Shown: piece after piece, positions 53,877 to 64,000 of the stretch | How the letters are laid out: every line of letters starts with the position of its first letter | Numbering within the stretch: position 1 is the first letter of the stretch | Origin: Thecamonas trahens ATCC 50062 | Taxonomy: Eukaryota; Protista; Apusomonadida | Direction of reading: 5' to 3' | DNA: 64,000 nucleotides | NCBI RefSeq assembly: GCF_000142905.1 | Contig: NW_013657654.1 | Span: forward strand, 1-64,000 | Notes under the pieces: model-generated | The model's input: the letters and a program-made list of their open reading frames with translations, nothing else | The model's database searches: none | Told to the model about the DNA's origin: nothing | Position numbers and translations under genes: made by a program

Positions 53877-53984
53877 CCGCAGCAGCAACAACTAAAGTCG
53901 ACATCAACTCCTCCGCGCGCGGGCGCTTGGCGTGCTGTTGCCGTTTCGAGCGCGGGCGGTGGCACGTGACTTGGCCACAGCAAC

Positions 53985-55673
53985 ATGAAGTTGACCCTCT
54001 CGACAGCCATGCTGGCAACGGTTGCACTGGCAGCCATGCTCAGCCAGATGACTCAAGCTCGCGTGACATGGAAGGCGACGACGGAGGATGTGGCAGGCAA
54101 TAGCGAGCTCATCATTGACCTTGTGGTGGGTGGCAAGGCCGGCGGGGCCGAGGCGCTCTTCGCCTACACCACGGCCGTCTCTACGCCTGGCCATGAGCTG
54201 TATGGCATGCACCTCTCTGCGGCGGCCGTCTCTGCTCTGTATGATGATATTGATGCCATTGCTGCTACGGTGGCTATCGCGCGTAAGGCTCTGGCAGACG
54301 GTGCTATCGGCGAGTGGTCAGTCTCCCGTCGCGGCGCTTCGTCCTTTGTCCGGCTCCACCTCACGGCTCAGGACGCACACCTCGTCACCGATTGCCAGCT
54401 CAAGGTGTTTGTTCCTCACGGTCCCGGCGCCGACGTGCTGGAGCCGGTCATCCGCTGTGCCGAGGGCCGTCCTATGCTCCGCCACGGACTGCGCGAGCTG
54501 GTGCTGACCGCCGGTGGCCTGACCCGCATGGTGGCGCAGCCGCTGGTGGCCAAGACCGAGCGCGGGCTTGACGCTGTTGATGACGCGCTGGTCATTGATC
54601 CGCACGTTCTCCGCAAGCAATACGGCGTGGACGAGACCATGGGCAACGCGTCGCCCAAGACGACCCAGGCTGTCGCCCAGTTCCTTAAGCAGTACATGAG
54701 CAAGGCCGACCTTGACGAGTTCTTCCTCATCTTTGCCGACTACGCCATCGGCACGCACCCGACCATTCGTGGGCCGAACCACGCCCCGCCGGGCACCGAA
54801 GCTACGCTGGACATCCAGTACATCATGTCGGTGGCTGCCAAGGTGAACACCACATTCTGGTCCACCGGCGGTACGCACGCGAACCAGGAGCCGTTCCTCG
54901 AGTGGCTTGGCGACGTGGCCGCCGATCCTGCCCCGCCCATGACCTTTTCGGTCTCTTACGGCGACGTTGAGGCCTCTATCGAGCCGAGCTATGTGCTGGC
55001 TGTCAACGCAGAGCTGGCCAAGCTCGGCGCCCGCGGCGTCTCGGTCCTCTTTGCGTCGGGCGACTCGGGCGTCGGTTGCGATGCGGCCGGCACCGCTTTC
55101 TCGCCCACCTTCCCGGCAGGCACGCCATGGGTCACCGCCGTCGGCGGGACCCGGCTGACCGACAAGGGCGAGGTGGTCAACGGTCTCTCCACCGGCGGCT
55201 TCTCCAACATCTTCCCGCGGCCAGACTACCAGGCCGCCGCCGTCGCCCACTACCTCGGCAGCTCGGGTGTGAAGCTCCCGCCGGCGTCGTACTACAACGC
55301 CACCTCGCGCGGCTTCCCGGACGTTGCAGCCCTCTCCTCGGGCTTCTCCATCGTCCTCGACTTTGTGCCGCTGCCCGGCATGATTGCCGGCACCTCGTGC
55401 GCGGCGCCGACCTTCTCTGCCGTCGTCTCGCTCCTCAACGACGCCCGCCTCGCCGCCGGCAAGCCGCCGCTCGGCTTCCTCAACCCGTTCCTCTACCAGA
55501 CTGCCGCGTCGTGCGGCTCCGAGTGCTTCTTCGATGTTGTCGAGGGCGGGAACCCGGACCAGGCCGGCGGCTGCGATGGCCAGTGCTTCTTTGCTGCCCC
55601 TGGCTGGGACCCGACCACCGGCCTCGGCACGCCCAAGTACGCCGGCCTGGTCAAGGCTGCGCTGGCGGCGTGA
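53985..55673 (+). CDS. TPP1: Tripeptidyl-peptidase I / sedolisin (S53) with signal peptide and prodomain
   Basis: Motifs EATLDIQY, ASGDSG, GTSCAAP, LGFLNPFLY and GWDPTTGLGTP. Confidence 0.92.
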   Translation: MKLTLSTAMLATVALAAMLSQMTQARVTWKATTEDVAGNSELIIDLVVGGKAGGAEALFAYTTAVSTPGHELYGMHLSAAAVSALYDDIDAIAATVAIARKALADGAIGEWSVSRRGASSFVRLHLTAQDAHLVTDCQLKVFVPHGPGADVLEPVIRCAEGRPMLRHGLRELVLTAGGLTRMVAQPLVAKTERGLDAVDDALVIDPHVLRKQYGVDETMGNASPKTTQAVAQFLKQYMSKADLDEFFLIFADYAIGTHPTIRGPNHAPPGTEATLDIQYIMSVAAKVNTTFWSTGGTHANQEPFLEWLGDVAADPAPPMTFSVSYGDVEASIEPSYVLAVNAELAKLGARGVSVLFASGDSGVGCDAAGTAFSPTFPAGTPWVTAVGGTRLTDKGEVVNGLSTGGFSNIFPRPDYQAAAVAHYLGSSGVKLPPASYYNATSRGFPDVAALSSGFSIVLDFVPLPGMIAGTSCAAPTFSAVVSLLNDARLAAGKPPLGFLNPFLYQTAASCGSECFFDVVEGGNPDQAGGCDGQCFFAAPGWDPTTGLGTPKYAGLVKAALAA

Positions 55674-55729
55674 TTGTACTCCTGTGCATGCGAGTAAACA
55701 GCTATCCCCCCGGCTGGGGCGGCCAAAGC

Positions 55730-56458
55730 TTACATCGGCGGCGGGGCCGGCGCCCACGCGCCCTCGCCGCGCCACCACGGCCGGATGTAGAACACCGAGA
55801 CGAGGAGGACAACCACAACCAGGAGCATGCCTGCGTACAGGATCCAGCGATCCTGGCCGTCGCGGCGCTCGACCATGCGAATGACGTCGAGCGAGAAGCC
55901 GAGAGAAGCCGAGAGATCCAGCAGCTTGGTCTTGGCCCGCTTGAGCATGGAGCCGTCCTCGCGGAGCTGGTCCACGCTCGCCCAGCCCATCTCGATCATC
56001 TCGTCAAGCCTCGACGACGCCCTGGAGAGTCCCGCGGCCTCATCGGCAACGGCGTCCATGTCGATGCGAACCTCTTCTCCGCCGCCAGCACGGAAACCAC
56101 CACCTCGGCCGCCTGCGCCTCCACTGGCAGCCTCTGCGGCCCGCAGGCCATGTTTGGCGTCCTCTGCCAGCAGAGCCTCCAGCTCGTCCGCCACCACCTG
56201 AGCCTTCCTCGACCACATAGCCCGTGCCGATGGCGGGAGCTGAGCCACCGTCCGACTCAGTGCATCACACACATTACTAAGATTCGCCAGTGCTGCTGTC
56301 ACGGGTGCATCGTCGCCGGCCATGGCAGCAGCAGCGGCAGCTGTCGTCGCGCCGTGCGAGAGTGAGAGACTTGCTCGTGAGACGGTCTGTCGGGCGGAGA
56401 GCATGGCTCGTCTGGCTGTCTTGTGCAGTGCTGCCACTTGGTTGCTTGTGCTGTTCAT
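55730..56458 (-). CDS. Qb-SNARE, membrin/GOSR2/Bos1-like
   Basis: SNARE motif LDEMIEMG..QLREDGSMLKRAKTKLLD, then GFSLDVIRMVERR..DRWI and a C-terminal TM helix. Confidence 0.85.
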   Translation of the reverse strand: MNSTSNQVAALHKTARRAMLSARQTVSRASLSLSHGATTAAAAAAMAGDDAPVTAALANLSNVCDALSRTVAQLPPSARAMWSRKAQVVADELEALLAEDAKHGLRAAEAASGGAGGRGGGFRAGGGEEVRIDMDAVADEAAGLSRASSRLDEMIEMGWASVDQLREDGSMLKRAKTKLLDLSASLGFSLDVIRMVERRDGQDRWILYAGMLLVVVVLLVSVFYIRPWWRGEGAWAPAPPPM

Positions 56459-56648
56459 AGTGGCCGAGAGGGAGAGGGAGAAGGAGAGAGAGAGGTGGCG
56501 GTCTTGCCGGTGGTAGTGTGGATGTGGAAGGTCGGCTCCGTGACTCGGCTGGCGTCGGCTGCTGACAGCTGGACGGACGCGCGCGTCGCCCATGAATCCG
56601 GTCCTGCTCTGTGTTTCTGGATTGCGGTGCACCGCTTATGCTATGCCA

Positions 56649-57280
56649 TCAGATCTCGCCAGTTTCACCGTTGACCAGCTGCATCAGTGCCTCGAGTTTG
56701 TCGCCGGCCTCGCTGTCTGTCTGGGAGATCGGACGGCGGCGGAGCGGCGGTCGGTGGAGCTGGTGCCGATGATGATGGTGGCGGTGGCGGCGGATCACAA
56801 CAAGCTCCCATTGGATGACGCACTCTCGATGGCGGCGGCAGCGGCGGTGGTGGCGGCGATTGCAGTGCCGGCGCCTGTGGCGGCTGCCGTGGCCGTGGCG
56901 GCTTGGCGACTGAGATGCCGTCGGCAACCAGGAGGCACTCATCCGCAAAGGCGCCATTCTCCACATACGGCTCTCCATATACGGTAGTCGCGGATCCATG
57001 GTTGTCACACTGAAAGGTTTGTAGCTTGGATCGGGCAGGATCCAGTCTCTAGCAACGGCGGCGGCGCTGCCATTGGCACAGGCCTCCAGCGCATCAATCC
57101 GCAAGTTCTGCAACTGGATACCTCCATGGATGCGTCCAGGATGGCTGCGATGGTCGGCTTGGGCTTGCTGCTCATGTCGAGCTCGACCAGCCGAGCCAGC
57201 TTGTCCATCTTGGCTCGTACGCTCTCGCGCAGCCGCTTCTGCCTCAGCCTCTGTGCCTCTCGCGCCTGCCTTTCGGGCAT
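56649..57280 (-). CDS. Putative bHLH(-ZIP) transcription factor; frameshift ~57121
   Basis: REAQRLRQKRLRESVRAKMDKLARLV..KPTIAAILDASME, then (+1 G) GIQLQNLRIDALE. The 5' exon is uncertain. Confidence 0.55.
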
Positions 57281-57700
57281 CAGTGGTCGACCTGTCTCGT
57301 ACTCCTCTTGTGGCCCGTCTGATCAAGCCGGACACCAAGCCAGTTGCGCCGTCTGGGCCGATCACCTCCCCCCACAGCTGAGCCTGAGCTCAGATCCGGA
57401 CCCGATCCCGACGCCGAATCCCTTCACTCACCCAACAACAGCGCAACAAGCAACATTCCCCTCCCACCCCCCCCCCCCCCCCAGACATAGCACCCTTATC
57501 CCAATGAACCTCCCATCGCACCCGCACCCATCTCTCTCATCGCACCATCCTCTGCCATCTCATCGCCATCCCATCCCATCCCATTCCATTCCCCGGAACA
57601 AGGCTGCGAGGTAAACCGAGCAGAGGCAAACTGACCGCACGGCTTCTCTCCCTCCCTCCCCCTCCCCCCCCCTCCCCTCTCCCCGTCCACGGGAGCTACC

Positions 57701-58002
57701 ATGTCGTCATCCATGCTAGACTCCCTACATGGTATCGCACAACTACTCCGGACAAAGTACGCTGGCTCCCCTCTCTCACTCTCTCCTTGCTGACTACCCT
57801 TGTTCTTGCCCTTGCCCACCCCCACCCCCCACTCCACACACACACCTGCATGGGACGGACCACCTGGCCCGAGCTAGGCTACGACCCTTTTTTGGCAAAG
57901 TCAGCCAGACCACCAACCACCACCAACCACCAACCACCAACCAGCAGCCTTTCCATACCCTCACCGCATTCCATACGGACCTGTGTATGTATATGTATAT
58001 GC

Positions 58003-58037
<35 letters not shown>

Positions 58038-61000
58038 CATACAGAAATGACGTGGTGACGCAACAAAAAGGTGCGGCAGCTCTGCAGTCGTTGGTGGTCT
58101 CGGTCGTTCGTGAGTCGCCGTCGGACTTGCGGACAAGGTTTATGAACGAGCTGAGGAACGTCATCCATGATCTGGTCAACTCGGCATCGGTGGATGAGAA
58201 CAAGGGCGGTGTTCTTGCGATTGCTGTCCTGGTCGACGTCGATACCCACGACAATGCCACCAAGATTGCTCGCTTCGCAAACTACCTCAAGAACGTCCTC
58301 CCCTGCTCGGATCCGTCGGTCATGGAGATGGCTGCCAAGACGCTCGGCCGCTTGGCGCAGGTCGGCGGCACGCTCTCGGCAGACATTGTCGAGTTTGAAG
58401 TCTCCCGGGCCTTTGACTGGCTCTCGGGCAACGACCGTAACGAGTCACGTCGCCTCGCCGCCGTCCTCCTCCTCCGCGAGCTCTCCATCATGGCCCCGAC
58501 CCTCTTCTACGTCCACGTCGCTTCGTTCTTTGACCTCTTCTCCATTCCAGTCTCCGACCCCAAGCTGGCTGTCCGCAAAGTCGCCGTCGAGGCCCTTGCC
58601 TCGTGCCTCCGCCTCATCTCCTCGCGCCAGGCCGCGCTCAAGGCCGACTGGCTCTCGCGCCTCTTTGACGAGGCTATGCGCGCTCTCACCTCGCCATCGC
58701 CCGACGCCATCCACGGCGCGCTCCTCACCCTCTCAGTCCTCCTCGACATGGCGCCCGAGTTTATGGACTCGGTCCTCGACGACGTTGCCGTCATTCTCTC
58801 CTTCCAGTCGCACAAGAACCGCGACATCCGCCGCTCACTCCTCATCATCATTCCCAAGATCGCCGCCTTTCGCTCCGAAGAGTTTATCGCCGTCCACCTC
58901 AAGCATGCCATGGCCGACATGCTGGGAGTCCTCAAGTCGGCCCGCGACGACCGCGACGTCGCCTTTGTGGCCGTTGGCGAAATTGCCCGCGTAGTCAAGT
59001 CCAACATTGCTCCTTTCCTCGACGCCATTTTCAAGGCCATCTCCGACTCGCTCTCCGCCAAAAAGTCGTCCAAGACCTATTCGCTCGCCTCGCTCGACTG
59101 TGTCGCCATGCTCGCCGAAGCCATGGGCCCGCCGCTCGCCAAGCGACTCGCCGCCCTCCTCGACACCATGTTCCTCTCCGGCCTCTCGCAGCGGCTCGTC
59201 GACTCGCTCGCACCCATCGCTGCTCACCTTCCAGAGCTTCTCTCGCCGATCCAGACCCGCCTCCTCGACATGCTCTCGCTCGTCCTCAAGGGTGTTCCCT
59301 ACTCGGCGCCTGGATCCACCGGCTCGTCGTCGTCGGCCACCGCCGCCACGAGCTCGGCCCCGGCTTCGGGCATCTCGCCGCTGAGCGCAAACCCGGCACT
59401 CGCCGCGACCATTGCCGCCCAGGGCGGCGCGTCCAATCCCGAGCTCCTTGCCCTCGCTCTCGAGACGCTAGGTCAATTCAACTTTGAGGGCCACATCCTC
59501 TCGGAGCTGGTCCGCTTTTGCGTCGTCGACTTTCTTGAGCACTCGGAGCCGCTCATCCGCCGCCAGGCCGCCCTCACATGCTGTGCGCTCCTAGTTGAGC
59601 CGGACACACCGGCGCCGACCTCGGGCCACGAGTCCATCGTCGTCGCAGAGGTCCTGGAGAAGCTCATCGTGGTCGGCATTGCTGACCCGGACCCGTCCAT
59701 CCGCGAGGCTGTCCTCGCCTCACTCGACGACCGCTTCGACTACCACCTCGCTCAGGCCGAAGTCCTCCGATCGCTCTTTATTGCGCTCAAAGACGAGGTC
59801 TTTGCCATCCGCGAGCTCGCCATCAAGCTCGTCGGCCGCCTCACCATGCGCAATCCGGCCTACGTCATGCCTGCCCTCCGCAAGACCCTTATTCAGCTCC
59901 TCACCGAGCTCGAGTACTCGGGTGAGGCGACCAACAAGGAAGAGTCGGCCCAGCTCCTCGCCCAGCTCATCGCCTCCTCGCACCGCCTCATCAAGCCGTA
60001 CGTCTCTTCGGTCATCCGTGCCCTCCTCCCGAAACTCACCGACAAGTCGGCTGGCATGCTCGTCGGCACCTACGTCCTCTCTGCTCTCGGCGAGCTTGCT
60101 GTTGTGGCTGGCGAGGCCATGCTGCAGTACACACCGGCTCTGCTGCCGCTCATCATCGAGACACTCTACGACCAGTCGTCACTCCTCCGCCGCAAGGTCG
60201 CCATGCGCACCCTTGGCCAGCTCTGCCAATCCACGGGCTATGTCGTCGCGCCCTACGTGCGCTTCCCGGCCCTTCTCAACATTCTTCTCGGCGCCCTCTC
60301 GTCCGAGTCGTCCGCCGAGATCCGGTCCGAGATCATGAAGGTCCTCGGCATCATCGGCGCCCTCGACCCCTACCGCCACAAGCTCATCCAGCAGCCAGCC
60401 GGTGGCTCGGGCGCACTCGCCGACGTCGCCGAAGCCGGCAGTGAGCCGCTCACCGACGCGGGTGCTGCCGTCCCTGACAACTCGGGTACCCGTGCCACAC
60501 GCGCTCGTCGCGAGACCGTCGCCCCAACCGGCCCCGACCTCCAGTCGCTCGCCCTCCTCCCGCCGGCCGATGCCAACGCCTCGCTCGACGAGTACCACGC
60601 CCGCGTCGCCATAACCGCGCTCATTGCTGTCCTCTCCGACCCGACACTTGCCAAGCACCACAAGCTCGTTGTCTCGACGGTCATGCAGATTTTCACCTCG
60701 CTCGGCATGCGCGCCGCGCCGTTTCTCCCTCAAATCATGCCGCCAATGCTCCAGGTCATGCGCGGGTGCGACCCGTCGCTCCGCGAGGCTCTCTTCCAGC
60801 ACATGTCGTCCATTGTCGTCATCGTGAAGCACCACATCCGCGAGTACCTCGACGAGCTCTTTGACCTCATCCTCGAGTTCTGGGACTCGGGCCTTCTCAT
60901 CCAGATCATCTCGCTTGTCGAAGAGATCTCCACCGCCCTCGCGGACGAGTTCAAGGTCTACCTGCCAAAGCTCATTCCACACCTCCTCCGCATTCTGCAT

Positions 61001-64000
61001 GCCGACGTCTCCGAGGCCGGACTTCCGCGCCGCAAGGCGCTCGCTGCCCTCGAGACCTTTGGCACCAACCTAGACGACTACCTCCACCTCGTGGTCCCGG
61101 CCGTCGTCCGCATGACCGAGCAAGTCGAGGCGCCGCTTGTTGTCCGCGTCCAGGCCCTGCAAGCGCTTGGTCGCCTCTGCCGCAAGCTCAACTTTTCCGA
61201 GTACGCCTCGCGCATCATTCTTCCTCTCGCGCGCATCCTCGCCTCGGGCTCGCCAGACCTCGTCCGCGAAGTCATGGAGACCCTCTGTGCGCTTGTTGTC
61301 CACCTCGGCTCCGACTTTGCCGTTTTCATTCCCATGATCAACAAGGCGCTCCACGCCCAGGGCCTCGCCCATCCGCGCTACGAGGCGCTCGTCTCCAAGC
61401 TCCTTAAGGGCGACCTCCGCGCCGAGCAGGACGACGACGAGGTCGAAGCCGACGAGGTCGAAGCAGGATCGGACGATGCCATTGCCCGCCTCCCGGTCAA
61501 CGAGCAGGTCCTGCAAAAGGCTTGGGAGGCATCGCAGCGGACAACCAAGGAGGACTGGCTCGAGTGGATCCGCAAGTTTTCGGTCCAGCTCCTCAAGTCG
61601 TCGAGCTCGCCCTCGCTCCGCGCCTGCTGGGCTCTTGCACAAGTCTACCCGCCGCTCGCCAAGCACCTCTTCAATGCCGCCTTCCTCTCGTGCTGGACCG
61701 AGCTGTTCGACCAGTACCGCACCGCCCTTACCCGCTCGCTCCAGACCGCGCTCTGCTCCGACACCATTCCCGCAGAGATCCTACAGCAGCTGCTCAACCT
61801 GGCTGAGTTTATGGAGCACAACGACCAGGCGCTCTCCATTCCTATCGAGACACTTGGCCGGCTCGCTGAAAAGTGCCGCGCTTACGCCAAAGCTCTTCAC
61901 TACAAAGAAATCGAGTTCCAGCACGCGCCCGAGGAGACCATCGAAGCGCTCATTTCTATCAACAATCAGCTCGGCCAGCCCGAGGCCGCCGAGGGCATCC
62001 TCCTCTACGCCCGCATCAACCACGGCGTCGTCCTCAAGTCGTCTTGGTACGAGAAGCTCCACCGCTGGGAGGATGCGCTTGCGGCCTACGACGAGGCCGA
62101 GGCCGACGTTTCTGACATTTCGCCCGACATGTCTGTCCAGGTTGCCAGCGCCACCCTCGACCCGCACCTCGGCCGCATGCGCTGCCTCTCGGCGCTCGGC
62201 GAGTGGGAGTCGCTGGCCGCCCTCGCCTCGTCGGCCTGGGACCGCTTGCCGCCGACGCTCCACGGCGACGTCGCGCCCATGGCCGCCGCCGCCGCGTGGA
62301 ACCTCTCGGACTGGTCCGAAATGGCCACCTACGTCGACGCCATGGACGCCGCCACCGTCCCGGGTGCCTTTTACCGCGCCGTCCTCGCGCTACACTCGGA
62401 CGCGTACGCCGAGGCACAGAGCTACGTCGACAAGGCCCGCGAGCTGCTCGACACCGAGCTCACCGCGCTCGTCTCCGAGTCGTACGACCGGGCGTACCCG
62501 GTGATGGTGCAGGTCATGCAGCTCGCAGAGATGGAAGAGGTTATTGCCTACAAGCTCGCCGACGACGAGCAGCAGCGGCTCATCCGCAAGATGTGGGCCG
62601 CCCGCCTCGACGGCTGCCAGCGCTCGATCGACATCTGGCAGCGGGTCCTCGCTGTCCGCTCTATTGTGCTCCAGCCCAACGATGACATGGCGACCTGGCT
62701 TAACTTTGCCGAGCTCTGCCGCGAGTCGGGCCGCATGCGCCTCTCGTACAAGTCGATCACTGCACTCCTCGACGAGACACCGCCGATGCTGGGCACTGCG
62801 CTTGGTGCGGTGGCGTCTGACCCTGTCGCGCCACGCCCTCTCCCGGATGTCCTCGCATCCGCGCCGCCGCCGGTCGTATTTGCCTACATCAAGCATGTGT
62901 GGGAGCAGAAGCCCGAGGGCGCCGCGGTATCGCTGTACGAGCTCTCGCCGTTTGCCTCGGCCGCCTTTGCCTCGTCGTTTGCATCCGGCACCGTTGCCGG
63001 CGACACCGCCGCCGGTTCGGGTGCACTCACGGTCGCCCCGCACAAGATCCTCGCCCTCCGCTACCTGCAGGACATGCTGGCGTCAGGCATGGCCGAGTGC
63101 GAGCCGCGGCTCATGGCGCGCGCCTCGGTCAAGCTCGGCGAGTGGCTCCTGGCGACCCACACCGGGCCGACATCGGACGGCTCGCTCGAGGCCATTCTCG
63201 CCGCCTTTGAGGCCGGGACCGAGCACGACCCGTCATGGTACGACGGGTGGCACTCGTGGGCGCGGATCAACCTCGCGGCGGTCCAGCACCTTGCGGTGGA
63301 CGACGCCAGCCCGCGCGACGAAGACGCGCTTGACCCGTACCTCGTGGCCTCGCTCCGTGGCTTTTTCCAGTCGCTCGCGCTCGGCTCGGCCGGCTCGATG
63401 CTCCAGGACGCGCTCCGGGTTCTCACTCTTTGGTTCAAGTACGGTCACCGGTCGTCGGTCGAGTCTGCGCTCTTTGAGGGCTTTGGCCTTGTCTCGGTCG
63501 ACACGTGGCTGTGTGTCATTCCGCAGCTCATTGCGCGGATCCATGCGTCGAACGAGCGGGTCCGCAAGACCGTCATCGAGCTCCTCACTCAGGTGGGCAA
63601 GGCGCATCCGCAGGCTCTTGTCTACCCGCTCACGGTGGCGTCCAAGTCACAGTCTGCGGCGCGGCGCAAGTCTGCGCTCCTCATTGTCAACTCGATCAAG
63701 AACCACTCCCCGAACCTGATTGAGCAGGCCGAGATGGTTGCCGACGAACTCATCCGCGTCGCCATCCTGTGGTACGAGATGTGGCACGAGGCGCTGGAGG
63801 AGGCCTCACGACTGTTCTTTGGCGACGGTGACGTCGACGGCATGTTTGCCGCCCTCGACGAGCTCCACCAGTCGCTCGACGCCGGCGCGACGACGCTTCG
63901 CGAGGTCTCGTTCCAGCAGGCGTACGGCCGCGACTTGCGCGAGGCGGCCAAGTGGTGCGAGCGATACAAGGCGTCGCGAAAGGCCAACGATCTCAACCAG
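57701..64000 (+). CDS. TOR: TOR kinase (HEAT, FAT and FRB domains; continues beyond the window); intron 57757-58044
   Basis: Read by hand because it is absent from the ORF track: NPAYVMPALRKTLIQLLTELEY, IGALDPY, EKCRAYAKALHYKE, EALISINNQL, WLCVIPQLIARIH and RVAILWYEMWHEALEEASRLFFG. Confidence 0.97.

Noticed and set aside
58037-63996. Many short ORFs listed over the right end
   Set aside because: They are alternate-frame or antisense shadows of the single TOR reading frame, which has no stop in the window.

Overview
GC-rich, gene-dense, intron-poor eukaryotic genomic DNA from a unicellular protist. Gene style, the ciliary gene WDR92 and the Cys-rich multipass surface proteins suggest an apusomonad such as Thecamonas; this is inference only. 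Most of the window holds housekeeping genes: Ku70, COQ2, an RluA-PrmC/HemK fusion, an ASXL/DEUBAD protein, an OPR-repeat protein, ORC4, LSM7, WDR92, OGFr-like, a RING protein, a giant coiled coil, BRI3, USP, MLH3, a GNAT, TPP1, a Qb-SNARE, a bHLH, and TOR running off the right edge. The first ~9.5 kb is an accessory, conflict-like region. It has diverged ~0.5 kb direct repeats and a Crinkler-like coiled-coil/REase-like/atypical-kinase gene. Convergent with that gene is a Zn-finger-TIR-remnant P-loop-Ulp1/SENP protein whose protease catalytic Cys is replaced by Ser, my best candidate for an undescribed immune-sensor/decoy system. An intact hAT transposase sits between exact 63-bp direct repeats and has only one recognisable end. 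About 11 genes have breaks repaired by adding one base in a homopolymer, most likely consensus errors. All domain calls come from motif recognition by eye; no searches were run.
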